NCBI GenBank assembly: GCA_951406725.2
Contig: OX597819.1
Coordinates: forward strand, 111,228,001 to 111,292,000
DNA length: 64,000 nucleotides
Origin: Octopus vulgaris
Taxonomy: Eukaryota
Direction of reading: 5' to 3'
Made by a program: the position numbers and the translations under genes. Position 1 is the first letter of the stretch. Each line of letters begins with the position of its first letter. The notes beneath the pieces are model-generated. The model ran no database searches. It saw nothing but the letters and a program-made list of their open reading frames with translations, and was not told where the DNA came from. Shown piece after piece: positions 41,625 to 55,092 of the stretch.

Positions 41625-42060
41625 AATTAAGATGGATAGAAGACATGAGAAAAAGCAACTGCTGGGTGGGGGGGGGGGGGAGAAAAGACTGAGAGAGAAG
41701 AGAGGGAAGGAGAGAGCGAGAGAATATAAAGTTGGCACATTGTGTTAAACACTAATGACGAAATAAATAAAAATTTACAGCAAACTTATAAAATCCAATA
41801 CAAATCGTAAGGTATCATACTTATAGAAGTTTGAAGAGAAATCACTTCGCGGTTACATACGGAGTGGTTCATCCGTAAACAACAGACCAGTGGAGAAGAA
41901 GAAGAAGAAGAAGAAGAAGAAGAAGAAGAAGAAAAAGAAGAGAACACGGAGTGATAAAAAGAAATAATAAGTTCAAAAGCCACGTGAAGCACAAGTCAAT
42001 GCTAACTTCAATGCACACAGACTTATATATATATATATTTATATATATATATATATATAT

Positions 42061-42695
42061 ATAACATAAGGGACTAAAGCCATCTGAATATGGCTAGGGA
42101 CAGGGCAGGGTGGTGGGGGTGTTACTGTTGCATTTAGCCCCAGGCGAACATCGACGTCGCTAGATAGGCTTGACACCGTCACGGTGTCCTTTAACCTGCA
42201 AAGGGAGATAATTCCCCGATGAAGCGGAAACCACACACGGACCATGGTTTCAAGGTGTATTGCCTATCGTCAACGTGTGGTAGGCCTCCGCTTCCTCGAC
42301 GAAATCTCACTCTGCAGGTTATTCATATATAGATTTTCAAGCAAAATACATTTGCTGATTTCGAAAATCTGTTCGACAGCAATAATAATTCTCTAAAAGA
42401 GATATAGACAGTAACTGCTCGATAACATAAGGGACTAAAGCCATCTGAATATGGCTAGGGACAGGGCAGGGTGGTGGGGGTGTTACTGTTGCATTTAGCC
42501 CCAGGCGAACATCGACGTCGCTAGATAGGCTTGACACCGTCGGTGTCAAGCCTATCTAGCGACGTCGATGTTCGCCTGGGGCTAAATGCAACAGTAACAC
42601 CCCCACCACCCTGCCCTGTCCCTAGCCATATTCAGATGGCTTTAGTCCCTTATGTTATCGAGCAGTTACTGTCTATATCTCTTTTAGAGAATTAT
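42061..42695 (-). mobile_element. Retrozyme-like element: 361-bp monomer in partial tandem plus a 155-bp inverted 5' copy, inserted in (TA)n
   Basis: 42061-42180 is repeated at 42422-42541; palindrome 42385-42695 centred at 42540; hammerhead at 42234-42279; no credible ORF; (TA)n on both sides. Confidence 0.85.
42234..42279 (-). ncRNA. Type I hammerhead ribozyme (C3U variant)
   Basis: CACACG-UUGACGA-U-AGG(CAAUACA)CCU-U-GAAAC-CAUG-GUC^-CGUGUG; 6-bp stem I; palindromic stem III ACCAUGGU; predicted cut between 42240 and 42239. Confidence 0.8.
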
Positions 42696-42864
42696 ATATA
42701 TATATATATATATATAAGGGCAAAAGAAAAATTCTTATGCCAAATATGCCGAAAAAAAGACAAAAATTGTCAGTGAGAGAGAGAGATATATATATAGATA
42801 GATATATACATATATATGTATGTGTATATATATATATACACATATATATATATAAATATATATA

Positions 42865-42897
<33 letters not shown>

Positions 42898-42961
42898 ATG
42901 TATGTATGTATGTATGTATGTATGTATGTATGTATGTATGAGTGTAGGCGGGAAAGATATG

Positions 42962-43715
42962 CTGTAATATACATCTAGGGAATAGAATCTCAATCTCTTG
43001 AGTCATTCCCAGTAGCTTATAAGCTGCATAGAGTGTATCTTCCTCGTGTATCTTCATTGTATTGCCTCAAGTTCTGCAACTAACTTTACACTGGTTGGTG
43101 ACCATAGCTGAGAGCAATAGTCAAAGTGGCTTAGGACAAGTGTCCTCCAGAGGACCATCGAAATTTCTGATCTCTTATTTTAAAATCTCTAAGAATCCAT
43201 CCAGTCAGCGCCTGCATTTCATTGCCAACTTAGCAGCACGACTCATGTAAATGACAAGGTCTCGCACTGACTGTGTCACTGTGTCACTTGGTAGTGCATT
43301 TAGATTTGCATGCTTGATAGCATAGCGCTTGAAACTTTTCAGCATTAAACTGCATGCTATTCTTCTTAGCCCACTTCAAGTGCATAGCGTCTTCAGGGTT
43401 CTGTATCAGCTGTGAGACTTTCGTATCATCTGCATAACTTGTGATTGTGGCTCTCTAGATGGCTGAGGGTATATCTGAGAGGGCCATTATGAACCATAGT
43501 GGTTCCAAAACAGTGCCTTGCGGAACACCACTCACTATTTTGGAGGTGGTTCCATTGACCACTACTGCTTGACGTCTACCTTCAAGAAAGTCATGCAGCT
43601 ATTCTCCCAATTTCCCGACTAAGCCAAGATCACGCAGTTTGTGACATATCATTCCATGATCGAGTTTGTGGAAAGCCTTTGCAAAGTCGAGATATATCAC
43701 ATCCACATTTGAGTG
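42962..43715 (-). pseudogene. CR1-group LINE reverse transcriptase fragment
   Basis: VDVIYLDFAKAFHKLDHG...RRQAVVVNG...SGVPQGTVL.PL...SYADDTK...MQFNAEKF...SYWE*LKRL, with stops and frameshifts. Confidence 0.9.
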
Positions 43716-43719
43716 GATG

Positions 43720-43751
<32 letters not shown>

Positions 43752-43794
43752 TGTATGTATGTATGTATGTATGTATGTATGTATGTATGTATCG

Positions 43795-43965
43795 CTATCC
43801 ACTACACATTCTTTATATTCTCTCCTTGTTTCTTTCTGTGTTCCATTCTGTGGAAGAGCGTAGGGTCGAAACGTTAAAGACTTTTTCACTTCCCGAGCGT
43901 TATACTAATACAACTGTTTGTTGTCTACGCCATCTGTCTTGTTTTTTTTTGTGAATTCTCCTTAT
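43795..43965 (+). mobile_element. Penelope pLTR-like fragment with a hammerhead-like motif (43844-43879)
   Basis: Reverse homolog of 13690-13855; cattctgtggaagagcgtagggtcgaaacgttaaag. Confidence 0.55.
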
Positions 43966-43983
43966 ATATATTATACATATATG

Positions 43984-44031
<48 letters not shown>

Positions 44032-44906
44032 GTATGAATATATGTATATATGAGTATATATATGTATATATATGTATATATGTCTGTGTGTGTATGCCTG
44101 ACATTAGAAAATATTTATTAAATTCATTAAAATATTTATTAAATTTGTCTATTTTTTATAAACATAATATTATATAACCAGGTGTACACACATACACTCA
44201 TGCGCGCGCACGTATATAGCATATACATACACGCACACAAATATGCTTTGCACATGCGTTCAGGTATCCAATTCCATGAACACCGACTTTGCATCAAACC
44301 TCATACTTCTCTATCTCGTTATGTGTATGTATGTATAAGCTTATACTTGAGCATAAATACGTGCGTGTGTGTGTATGCATGTATGTATATATAATTAATA
44401 CTTATATATATGTATATATATGAATGTATACCTATACATACATAGATAGATAGATACATACATACATACATATATATATATATAAATATATATATAATAT
44501 ATATACATATGTATGTATGTATATGTATATGTATTTATATTTATATATTTGCATGCATAAATATATACATGTGAATGCATGCGTGGAAGTGCATCTAAGT
44601 ATGAGAATCCGTCGATATTTGCACATGCATCTGCATACGCATTTGGTGTTCCTTGATTTAGGAAAAATAAATAAGAAAAAATACAGGAATATATGTGCCA
44701 TACACAGAAATACCTACACGTATTCATATGCGTATGCACAGACATTAAACAATTTACATATACATTAATAAACATACGTGTTTATATAAATATCTACATG
44801 CAAGATGCATACTCCCATATATATTTGTACATAGATATATGAACAGAGATACACACACAGGTGTTACGTCTCTCTCTCTCTCTATATATATATATGTGTG
44901 TGTGTA

Positions 44907-44937
<31 letters not shown>

Positions 44938-45416
44938 GTGCACACACACACGTTTAAATAGGAGAGGTGTTGAGTAAAAAGGTGAGGAGAGAGCGGGAGT
45001 TCGTTAAAGAAATAGAAAGTATTTTGAAGTTTATAAATAAGGAACAAATATAAATGAAATAAAATCTATACTGCACTTCCTTTTTTCATTTTGAAGCACA
45101 CCACTGTGTTTATCCGACTCTGTGTATATATATGCATGTATGTATGTGTGTTTGTGTGTTTGTGTGTGTGTGTGTGTTGTATGTGTGTTGTGTGTGTGTA
45201 GATGGGTTTTTTTTATTTGTTTCTGTGTACGTACGTGTCTATTAGTGTTCAGTGCGTGTTTTGTGTGTGACAGAAAGTTGCGGGGGTTGTAAATGTCTTA
45301 TATCATGTCATTGCAGTCATGCAGTCTGTCTGTCTATCTGTCTATCTATTTATCCATCCATCCATCTATCTAGTTGTCTGTCTTTCTGTCTGTCTTTCTG
45401 TCTGTCTGTCTGTGTG

Positions 45417-45476
<60 letters not shown>

Positions 45477-45495
45477 ACTACACGCAGACACACAC

Positions 45496-45567
<72 letters not shown>

Positions 45568-45873
45568 TCATACATACATATATATATATATACAGATATA
45601 TACACACAATATGTGTATATATACATATATATATGAATATACGTACACGTATATGTATGTATGCACGTATGTCTTTGCATATATCTATATCTATATCTTT
45701 CTCTTTATCTATCTATATATGTATGTGTGTATGTATGTATGCGTGTGTGTATTTGTGTCGCCCTCTAGCAGCCTACCTATATATCTGTGTCTGCATCCCT
45801 TTATTTTTATGCCTCACCATGCCTGTCTCTCTGTCTTTCATTCTGGCTCTCCCTCGCTCTATCTATCTATCTG

Positions 45874-45928
<55 letters not shown>

Positions 45929-46734
45929 ATCTATCTACTTCCTATATTTATCACTATATTCCCCTCGCCCCACATCTGCCATTCCTCGCACGAATTTGTC
46001 TGCACATCTCTTTCCGTTTGTCCCGCTGTGTGTCGTAACACCCCTCCCATCTCACCTTCTTCCAACCTCTGTCAATCAGTGGAAATCTGTCAGTATGTCT
46101 GTCTGACTGTCAAATTGACATCCCTGATGCGTTTAAAAAGGATCTGATTCCCTTTTCTCCTACCTGGTCGAGGAGCTGCTCCCTATTTTTGGTTCTTATT
46201 TTCTTGTTTTACCATAGATTTTTCTGATATCAACGTCTCTGTAATCACTTGGCACTATTTCTTAATATATTATATTATTACGCAGTTAATGTTTCCAATT
46301 ATAGATTACTTAAGTCTGATAGTAAAGTGGCGAATTGGCGGTGTCGTTTAGTACCTGATTGAATTCTGAATTTCGTCTCTTAGTTCGAACTCCGCGGAGA
46401 TCAAGTCCGTCTTTTTTTTTTTTATCATTTCGAGAAATTTAAAGAAGTACCAATCCAAAGCAATTGATTAGCGAAATTGTAACAATATCGGGTCAGGTGT
46501 TTTGTTATATTTCTTCCAGTATTTGACGTCTTGATCTCAAATCCAGCATTAGCATACTTTGGTTATAGACTTAACCCGTATCCCGGAATAACTACCGTGG
46601 GTACCTTTCGCAAGTTTTATTCTGCTGCAAGTATTTCAGGCCGGATCAACGGTTTGATGAAACCTCATCGTTCTTCTCACCAGTCATGCAGATCCTGTGA
46701 ATGATACAGGCACTGACTGAAAGATAAGAAAAAA

Positions 46735-47124
46735 TCTCTATATATAAAGCTGAAGTTGTCTGTGTATGACAGGTTTGGTAGCCTTCAACTAACACTATCT
46801 CCTCCGAAACCCTGCGGTGTAAGTTGACCAAAATTGAGAGTATGTTAGAAGAAGGCTTCCTCTTCCTTCCGTAGAAGAAAAAATTAAAATGGGACCGTGT
46901 TAATGCCAAAAACTTTTTACATCAAAAAGGTGCTTTTTTTCTATGAAAATCCCTATTTTTTTACAATTTTTTGATTGCTGTGTCGCCATTTTCGGTGTAG
47001 TTCAACCAGAAAAATGTTCACTTAAAGAGAATAACAAGCTACATGATCCAAAACTCTTACTTTGCAAAAATTCCAATTCTAAAGGGTCGAAACAAACCCG
47101 AGTAACGCCGGGCGATACAGCTAG
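46735..47124 (+). mobile_element. Non-autonomous Helitron
   Basis: 5' TC start (tctctatatataaa), 3' hairpin cccgagtaacgccggg then CTAG, inserted between A and T; termini shared with 60115-60510. Confidence 0.8.
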
Positions 47125-47410
47125 TTCTTGATACATCGAAGATCCCCTAAAAAGAACGATAGATGTTAGAACAGTGATTCTCATGTATATTTTACCTTTG
47201 GACATCCTTGATTACTATTTCACACTGGTGGAGCCCCATAGCCATTCAACGTTTAAAAGCTAGTTTTACAGAAACGTCTTTCAAAATTCCTATTTTGTTT
47301 TTCAAACATTTACTTGTGTGAGTTGAATTACGTAAGATGTTTGAGGAAGAAATCTTGCTGTTTCTTGCAATTAATACATCTAAAGCAAAATTTTGTCATA
47401 GATCATTAAT

Positions 47411-47795
47411 TGTGTGGTAAGTAGCTTGCTAACCAACCACATGGTTCCGGGTTCAGTCCCACTGCATGGCATCTTGGGCAAGTGTCTTCTGCTATAGCCC
47501 CGGGCCGACCAATGCCTTGTGAGTGGATTTGGTAGACGGAAACTGAAAGAATCCTGTCGGATATATGTCTATATATATGTATGTGTGTGTATATTTGTGT
47601 GTCTGTGTTTGTCCCCCTAGCATTGCTTGACAACCGATGCTGGTGTGTCTATGTCCCCGTCACTAAGCGGTTCGGCAAAAGAGACCGATAGAATAAGTAC
47701 TGGGCTTACAACGAATAAGTCCCGGGGTCGATTTGCTCGACTAAAGGCGGTGCTCCAGCTTGGCCGTAGTCAAATGACTGAAACAAGTAAAAGAG
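47411..47795 (+). mobile_element. SINE family A
   Basis: tgtgtggtaagtagcttgc...gtcaaatgactgaaacaagtaaaagagt. Confidence 0.85.
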
Positions 47796-47862
47796 TATAC
47801 TACTGTGTGTGCCAAACTTACTATTTCGCTTGCGTGAACCCCATTTTCCTCATTTAACATAC

Positions 47863-48075
47863 TATTGGGTCATGCCATAAATAATGTGTTTTTTTTTTTC
47901 AATTGCATGAACCAAAAGTCGGAGGGGGATGGGATAAACTACCTGCATCAATTTCCTGTAAAAGCAGGTTTATTTTACCTTGTTCTTATTCTTACTGCAA
48001 GTTTTGAAGAGTGCAGTTCGATTTTAACAGTTAATTTTTTCAAACCTATATTCACTTTGTGAGTTCAGTAAGGAC
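47863..48075 (+). mobile_element. Tc1/mariner left-end fragment
   Basis: Homologous to 30336-30480; begins tattgggtcat. Confidence 0.6.
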
Positions 48076-48322
48076 AACAAAGCAACGGAAAGTGCGAGGA
48101 ATATTATTGCAGTATCGTCAGCCACCAAGCGCATATCGTCAGCCACCAAGCGACATGCTCTGCTGGTTGGAGTCAAACAACTGATTCGCAAATCTGTGGT
48201 ATTGAGTAGAATATTTTCTGTAATCCATCTTTTATACCAAGACAAAACAATGTACATGATAACATCTCCAATCAGTTAAGATCAGAAGCCATGAGAGCAA
48301 CTACCTGGTACTATATCAGGGC

Positions 48323-48353
<31 letters not shown>

Positions 48354-48439
48354 TGTATGTATGTATGTATGTATGTATGTTTATAAGTATTTATGCACAT
48401 GGGGACACAAAAGAAATAATAGTAATTATATCATGAAGT

Positions 48440-48830
48440 ACTCAGTTCGATTCCCGGTAGCGCGTTGTGTCCTTGAGCAAGACACTTTACTTCATGTTGC
48501 TCCAGCCCACTCAGATGACAAAAATTAATAACATCTACATTTCAAAGGGCCAATCTTGACACATTCTGTTACGCTAAATCTCCTTAAGAATCTCCTTAAG
48601 AACAAATACGGATGTCTGTGGATCACTCAGTCACTTGCTCGTTAATTAATCTACATTTCAAAGGGCCAATCTTGACACATTCTGTTACGCTAAATCTCCT
48701 TAAGAATCTCCTTAAGAACAAATACGGATGTCTGTGGATCACTCAGTCACTTGCTCGTTAATTTCAGGAGCAGGGTCTTCTGTTGATCGGAACAGCTGGA
48801 AAATTCGTCGTCGTAACCGACGGAGTGCCA
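48440..48830 (+). mobile_element. CORE-like SINE (family C variant) with an internal 116-bp tandem duplication (48533-48763)
   Basis: gttcgattcc...gtccttgagcaagacacttta; the unit atctacatttcaaagggcc...tcgttaatt is present twice. Confidence 0.65.
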
Positions 48831-49474
48831 GCTTAATTTATTTGTCTTTTCTTAATTATACCTGTGTATGTGTGTCTATATGTATGTGTGTGCATCCTTG
48901 TGCACGGTTTTGTGTATGTAAGCATATGTGCTTGTTTCTATTTGATCGTCATTAGTTGACAACCACTCTTGGTTTATTTGCGTCCCATTTGCCAATTCTG
49001 CAAAAAAGGGATCGACAGAATATATATAATACTTAAAGGTATGTACTGAATTAGGATAAAATTTATAAATACAAAGTACAGGAAATCGCACGGAGAAGTA
49101 CATACATAAGATTCGGTGCTCTAAACCGTCCAAGACGATGCTTCCGTATGGCCAAAGTCCTATGTCCGAACCAAATGATATGTCTACAACGAGCCGAAGA
49201 AACTTTGCAAATGGCGAACAGAAACACATATTTCTAATGGTGCTACAGAAGGTGGTGGCGGTGGCGGCGGGCGGCGATGAGGTAGCGCCGGCGGAGATGG
49301 CAACGGCAGAGGTGGCGGCGGTAGTAGTGGTGGTGGCGGCGGTAGTAGTGGTGGCGGCGGCGGCTATACAGTTGGGTGTGTTGTTGGTGGTTCTGGTGGT
49401 GCTGTTTGCGGTGATGGCTAAATGGGATTTTATATCGATTATCTTATCGCTGTTCTTGTTTAGGTTGTGGGTTC

Positions 49475-49516
<42 letters not shown>

Positions 49517-50210
49517 CATACATTCAAAAGCACACATATATATATATATACAGACACACTTAAAAACACGAACTCGTAAATTACTCAACGAAATAAAAAA
49601 CGAAAATTACTGTTTATACTTAACGCATTCTTTCGTAATATACACACATCTGTTCTTACATACATTCATACACGTACATACATACATGCATTTATACATG
49701 TATGCATACATACATGCATACATGCATACGTACATGCATAAATATACATAAATATATATATGTGTATGCATATATATATACACATATATACATATGTACG
49801 CATGTATATATACATATGTACACATATATACATATGTACACATATATACATATATACGCATGGCGCGCTGTTAGTTGGGGCATTTGAATTATAACGTCGG
49901 ATGTAATCAATTGAACCACACGTGTATTTATCGTTATGGTAAAATCTGGCGTGTGATTGAGTGGATTTCATCCAGATAGTTTTGGCTGACGAGCTACAAG
50001 TGGATTTTTTTTTAAGTAAAATTACATTTAATTCATTAATAGCGAAACAATTGTCCCAAAATAATCTGTATTTTTGTTATTTTTTATTTGCCCTGTCCGT
50101 GTGAGCTAACAATCGTACTGACTTTCATGGGAAACATGTATTTTTGTGGTTGAAACCTTTTGGATTAACTAGTGCTAGAGTGAGCCATATAGTGACCACT
50201 CTCTTATATT

Positions 50211-50267
<57 letters not shown>

Positions 50268-50279
50268 AATATACATACA

Positions 50280-50331
50280 CAGTAGTACCTTGGTTTTTGA
50301 ATAACACTGATTGCGAATAAATCGTGCTATT

Positions 50332-50426
<95 letters not shown>

Positions 50427-50434
50427 CTGATATA

Positions 50435-50501
<67 letters not shown>

Positions 50502-50578
50502 TATATATATACATATATATATATATATATAAAACACGATGCATTCGTGATCAGAGATGTTAATAAACCGAGGTTCTA

Positions 50579-50581
<3 letters not shown>
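50280..50581. mobile_element. pogo/Tigger-like MITE filled with microsatellites
   Basis: TIRs cagtagtaccttggttt / aaaccgaggttctactg, followed by TA. Confidence 0.6.
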
Positions 50582-50630
<49 letters not shown>

Positions 50631-50989
50631 CTGCACATATGGGTACAGGAGTCACCAACTGTAAACAACATGAAGTACGAAAACGAGCGAGTTAAATACG
50701 CAAACAACGAACGAAAAGCAGCATGGAGTGTATTTCGAGCAGAACGAGGGGGAAATATTTTCTTTGAAGAGAAAAGATAAAAGCGAGAGATACAAGACTC
50801 CAGTCCCTAGAACGTCGTGTAGGAAAATAAATATGATCATATAAGGAAAAGAAAGATGGACAATGGTCACGTGTGAGCTATGAGAGAGAGAAACTGAGAA
50901 AGAGGAGAGAGAGAGACAGATAGAAAATAGTGAAGGAGAGAAAACGGGAATTAGAGAAAGATGGGGAAACAGTATAGTGTCATTCATTT

Positions 50990-51327
50990 ATTCTTTTACT
51001 TGTTTCAGTCGACCCCAATATTTATTCTTTAAGCCTAGTATGCATTCTATCGGTCTCTTATAGCCGAACCGCGAAGTTACGGTGACGTAAACACGTCAGC
51101 ATCAGTTGTCAAGCGATGGAGGGAAGGACAAACACAGACACAAATAACAAATATATACATACATACGAATACATACGAATACATACATACATACATACAT
51201 ACATACATACAGGCATACATACAGGCATACATACAGGCATACATACATACATACATACATATATAGGAACCCGGAACCCTGTGGCTGGAAAGCAAGCGTC
51301 TTACCACACAGCCATTCTTGCTCCTGC
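50990..51327 (-). mobile_element. SINE family A (diverged, internally deleted)
   Basis: Tail and head remnants in reverse. Confidence 0.7.
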
Positions 51328-51347
51328 ATATATTGTGAGTGTGTGTG

Positions 51348-51481
<134 letters not shown>

Positions 51482-51798
51482 GTGTGTGTGTGTGTGTGTT
51501 GTATCTATGTTTTCATTGCTGCATTATTTTTGTCTTTTTTCAAGGTTTGTTCCTTTCCTTTTTTTACATCTTTTGCAGAGTTTTTCCGAGAGATTGCTAT
51601 TTATTTATTTTTTCTTATTGTAACATACCTTTTTCTTGTATTCTCTAAAAGTACAGGTAAGTACTAAAGAAGGTTTTCAAAGACAACTCACACACTTATA
51701 CACAAATACACACGTATATACCGAATGTGTGAGTGTCTATATGTGTATGTGTGTATACGTGTGCGAGTGTGTTTGCATGTGTGAACGTGTATATATTT

Positions 51799-51843
<45 letters not shown>

Positions 51844-52072
51844 AATGTGAAATCTGAAGAAAAAGAACCGATAGAATTGCGGAAGAATTACAGATAACGA
51901 AAGAAGGTTATAAGGAGTAAACCTGAATGATAAGAAGAAGATTGAGGAGGAGAAAAAAAAACTAAAATAACGAAGGATACAATGGAACGAAAGAAGATAA
52001 AGAAAGATAAAGAAAAGATAAAGAAAAATATTGAAACAAAACGAAGTTTGTGAAAGAAGTTAAGTAAAGAGT

Positions 52073-52495
52073 GGCGCAGGAGTGGCTGTGTGGTAAGTAG
52101 CTTGTTTACCAACCACATGGTTCTGGGTTCAGTCCCACTGCGTGGCACCTTGGGCAAGTGTCTTCTACTATAGCCTCGGGCCGACCAAAGCTTTGTGAGT
52201 GGATTTGGTAGACGGAAACTGAAAGAAGCCCGTCGTATATATGTATATATATGTATATGTATGTGTGTGTGTTTGTGTGTCTGTGTTTGTCCCCCTAGCA
52301 TTGCTTGACAACCGATGCTGGTGTGTTTATGTCCCTGTCACCTAGCGGTTCGGCAAAACAGACCGATAGAATAAGTACTGGGCTTACAAAGAATAAGTGC
52401 CGGGGTCGAGTTGCTCGATTAAAGGCGGTGCTCCAGCATGGCCGCAGTCAAATGACTGAAACGAATAAAAGAGTAAAAGAGTAAAAGAGTAAAGA
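52073..52495 (+). mobile_element. SINE family A, full length, young
   Basis: Complete head to tail; flanking direct repeat agtaaagag. Confidence 0.9.
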
Positions 52496-52775
52496 GATTA
52501 CGGAGACTCGAAAAGAGGAAATATAGAGAGGAAGGAGGATGAAAGATAGGATAATAAGAGAGAGGAGGATGAGAGAGAGAGAAAGAGTTAGTTGAAGGAA
52601 TAAAAGAAGAAATATATGTAAGTTCCGAAGTAGACATTGTCTTTCATTCTTTCGGGATGGATAAAATAAGGACCTGTTGAGTACAGGGGTCGTTGTAATC
52701 GACTTACGCCCTCCCCCGATGTTACTGGCCTTGTCCCAAATGTTGGAACTAATATGTCTGTGTAACTAGGAGCGA

Positions 52776-52820
52776 ATACATACATACTTACATACATACA
52801 TATATACATACATACATATA

Positions 52821-52856
<36 letters not shown>

Positions 52857-53040
52857 CATACATACATGCATACATACATACATATATACGTACGTACATA
52901 TATACATACATACATGCATACATATATATGCATACATACATGCATATATACATACATATATACATACATACATATATACATACATACATGCATGTATACA
53001 TACATACATATTTACATATACATACATACATACATACATG

Positions 53041-53072
<32 letters not shown>

Positions 53073-53344
53073 CGTACATACATATATACATACATATATG
53101 CATACATATATATGCATACCTACATGCATATATACATATATATACACATACATATATACATACATACGTGCATGTATACATACATACTTATATATATATA
53201 CATACATGCATACATACATATATACATACATACATATATACATACATAAATACATGCATACATACATATATACATACATATATACATACATATATACATA
53301 CATGCATACATACATACACACACATATATATATACATATATACT

Positions 53345-53376
<32 letters not shown>

Positions 53377-53480
53377 CATACATACATATATACATACATA
53401 TATACATACATATATACATACATATATACATACATGTATGTATACATATATACATACATGCATACATACATGCATTCATA
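52776..53480. repeat. Degenerate (TACA)n/(TA)n microsatellite block
   Basis: Direct inspection. Confidence 0.9.
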
Positions 53481-53546
53481 CATAGATATAAACACCCACA
53501 AACACATACACATATACCAGAGAGAGAGATATAGAAAAGTGAGAGT

Positions 53547-53598
<52 letters not shown>

Positions 53599-54038
53599 AA
53601 TCCAGGTTTAAAGAAATGAATTTAAGAATAAATCTATCGAAAGAAATGTTTGTAGATATGCACACACACACACGCATACACAGACACATGTATCTGTGTG
53701 CATGTGTGTACATAATATACGAGTATACGTATAGATATATGTATGTATACATGTATGTATATGTGTATATATGTGTGTGTGTATATGTGTGTATTTATGC
53801 AAATAACGTGTGATTTGAGGGAGTTTTGTCTGTTATTTTTTGTCATGTAAACTATATGTGGACTGTTTCCGTTATCAGAATATATCTCAATACTACACTA
53901 AGACACTTGCAGATCATTGTGCATGTCAGGAAGGCCCTCCTTTTAACAAGAGTATTTACTGAACGAGTGATTTGAATATCATGAATAATTTTAAAGTTGT
54001 CGAAACGTGTGCTGTTAAACTTGGTCCTGCTTGAAGAA

Positions 54039-54184
54039 GTTTCTATTGTGAGCATGTACAGAAATGACGGTTCTATGTTTCTATTGTAAGCATGTACAGA
54101 GATGACGGTTCTATGTTTCTATTGTAAGCATGTACAGAGATGACGGTTCTATGTTTCTATTGTAAGCATGTACAGAGATGACGG
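54039..54184. repeat. 38-bp minisatellite, about 3.8 copies
   Basis: Unit tttctattgtaagcatgtacagagatgacggttctatg. Confidence 0.9.
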
Positions 54185-54696
54185 GTCATGAATTTTAACG
54201 GCTCGAAATAACGCGCAACGAGTGTCCCCAGCAAACCATTAATTAGAACATATAACAAATTTGGTCTGAGGTAAACATCACAATAGTAAACTTCTTAAAT
54301 GTCATCCTTAGGGTAAGCTAGATACAAACGTAAAGCATATAGCAATAGCCATCAGCAAGAGGTTAAATGCATTATCGTCCGATGGACAACTAGGCGGCAG
54401 AGTACACAGCAAGTTTGTAACAGGTAATTGATATCTGGAGGCAACCGAGGACTCATCATCATCATATAACAATCATTCTGTTAACGCCAGGGAAACAAAT
54501 GTATAAAACACAGCGCAACATTGCTGTCGGAAATAGTACTGCAAAATAGTTCTTAACCATAATTGGAGTGGGGTGTGTATTCCGAGGGATCACATATTCG
54601 ATCAACAGGTCACCAAAAACAACATTAAGTTGAACTACTTCTGCGTATAAAATCGTAACTTCAGTCACTAAGATTGACAGTACAAAATATTGTAAA

Positions 54697-55092
54697 GCTT
54701 GCTTACGAACGAGATAGTTCCGGGTTCAGTCCCACCGCGTGGCACCTTGGGCAAGTGTCTTCTACCATAGCCTCAAGCCGACAAAAGCCTTGTGAGTGGG
54801 TTTGGTTAGACGGAAACTGAAAGAAGCCCGTAGTATATATGTATAAATATGTATATGTATGTGTGTGTGTATATATGTTTGTGTCTGTGTTTGTCCCCCC
54901 CAACATCGCTTACCAACTGATGTTGGTGTGTTTACGTCCCCGTAACTAGCGGTTCGGCATAGAAGACCGATAGAACAAGTACTAGGCTTACAAAGAATAC
55001 ATCCTGGGGTCGATTTGCTCAACTAAAGGCAGTGCACCAGCATGGCCGCAGTCAAATGACTGAAACTAATAAAAGAGCAAAAGAGTAAAAGA
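54697..55092 (+). mobile_element. SINE family A
   Basis: ...ccgggttcagtcccaccgcgtggcaccttgggcaagtg...cagtcaaatgactgaaac. Confidence 0.85.

Noticed and set aside
42205-42310. Plus-strand CCGAUGA...GAAA as a second, opposite-polarity hammerhead
   Set aside because: Stem I is missing, and these bases are better explained as the long rod enclosing the minus-strand ribozyme
49138-49563. 141-aa ORF with a unique N-terminus
   Set aside because: No recognisable homology; the remainder is low-complexity; no supported exon structure
54039-54184. 38-bp repeats as a CRISPR array
   Set aside because: Head-to-tail with no spacers, in a eukaryotic context with no cas genes
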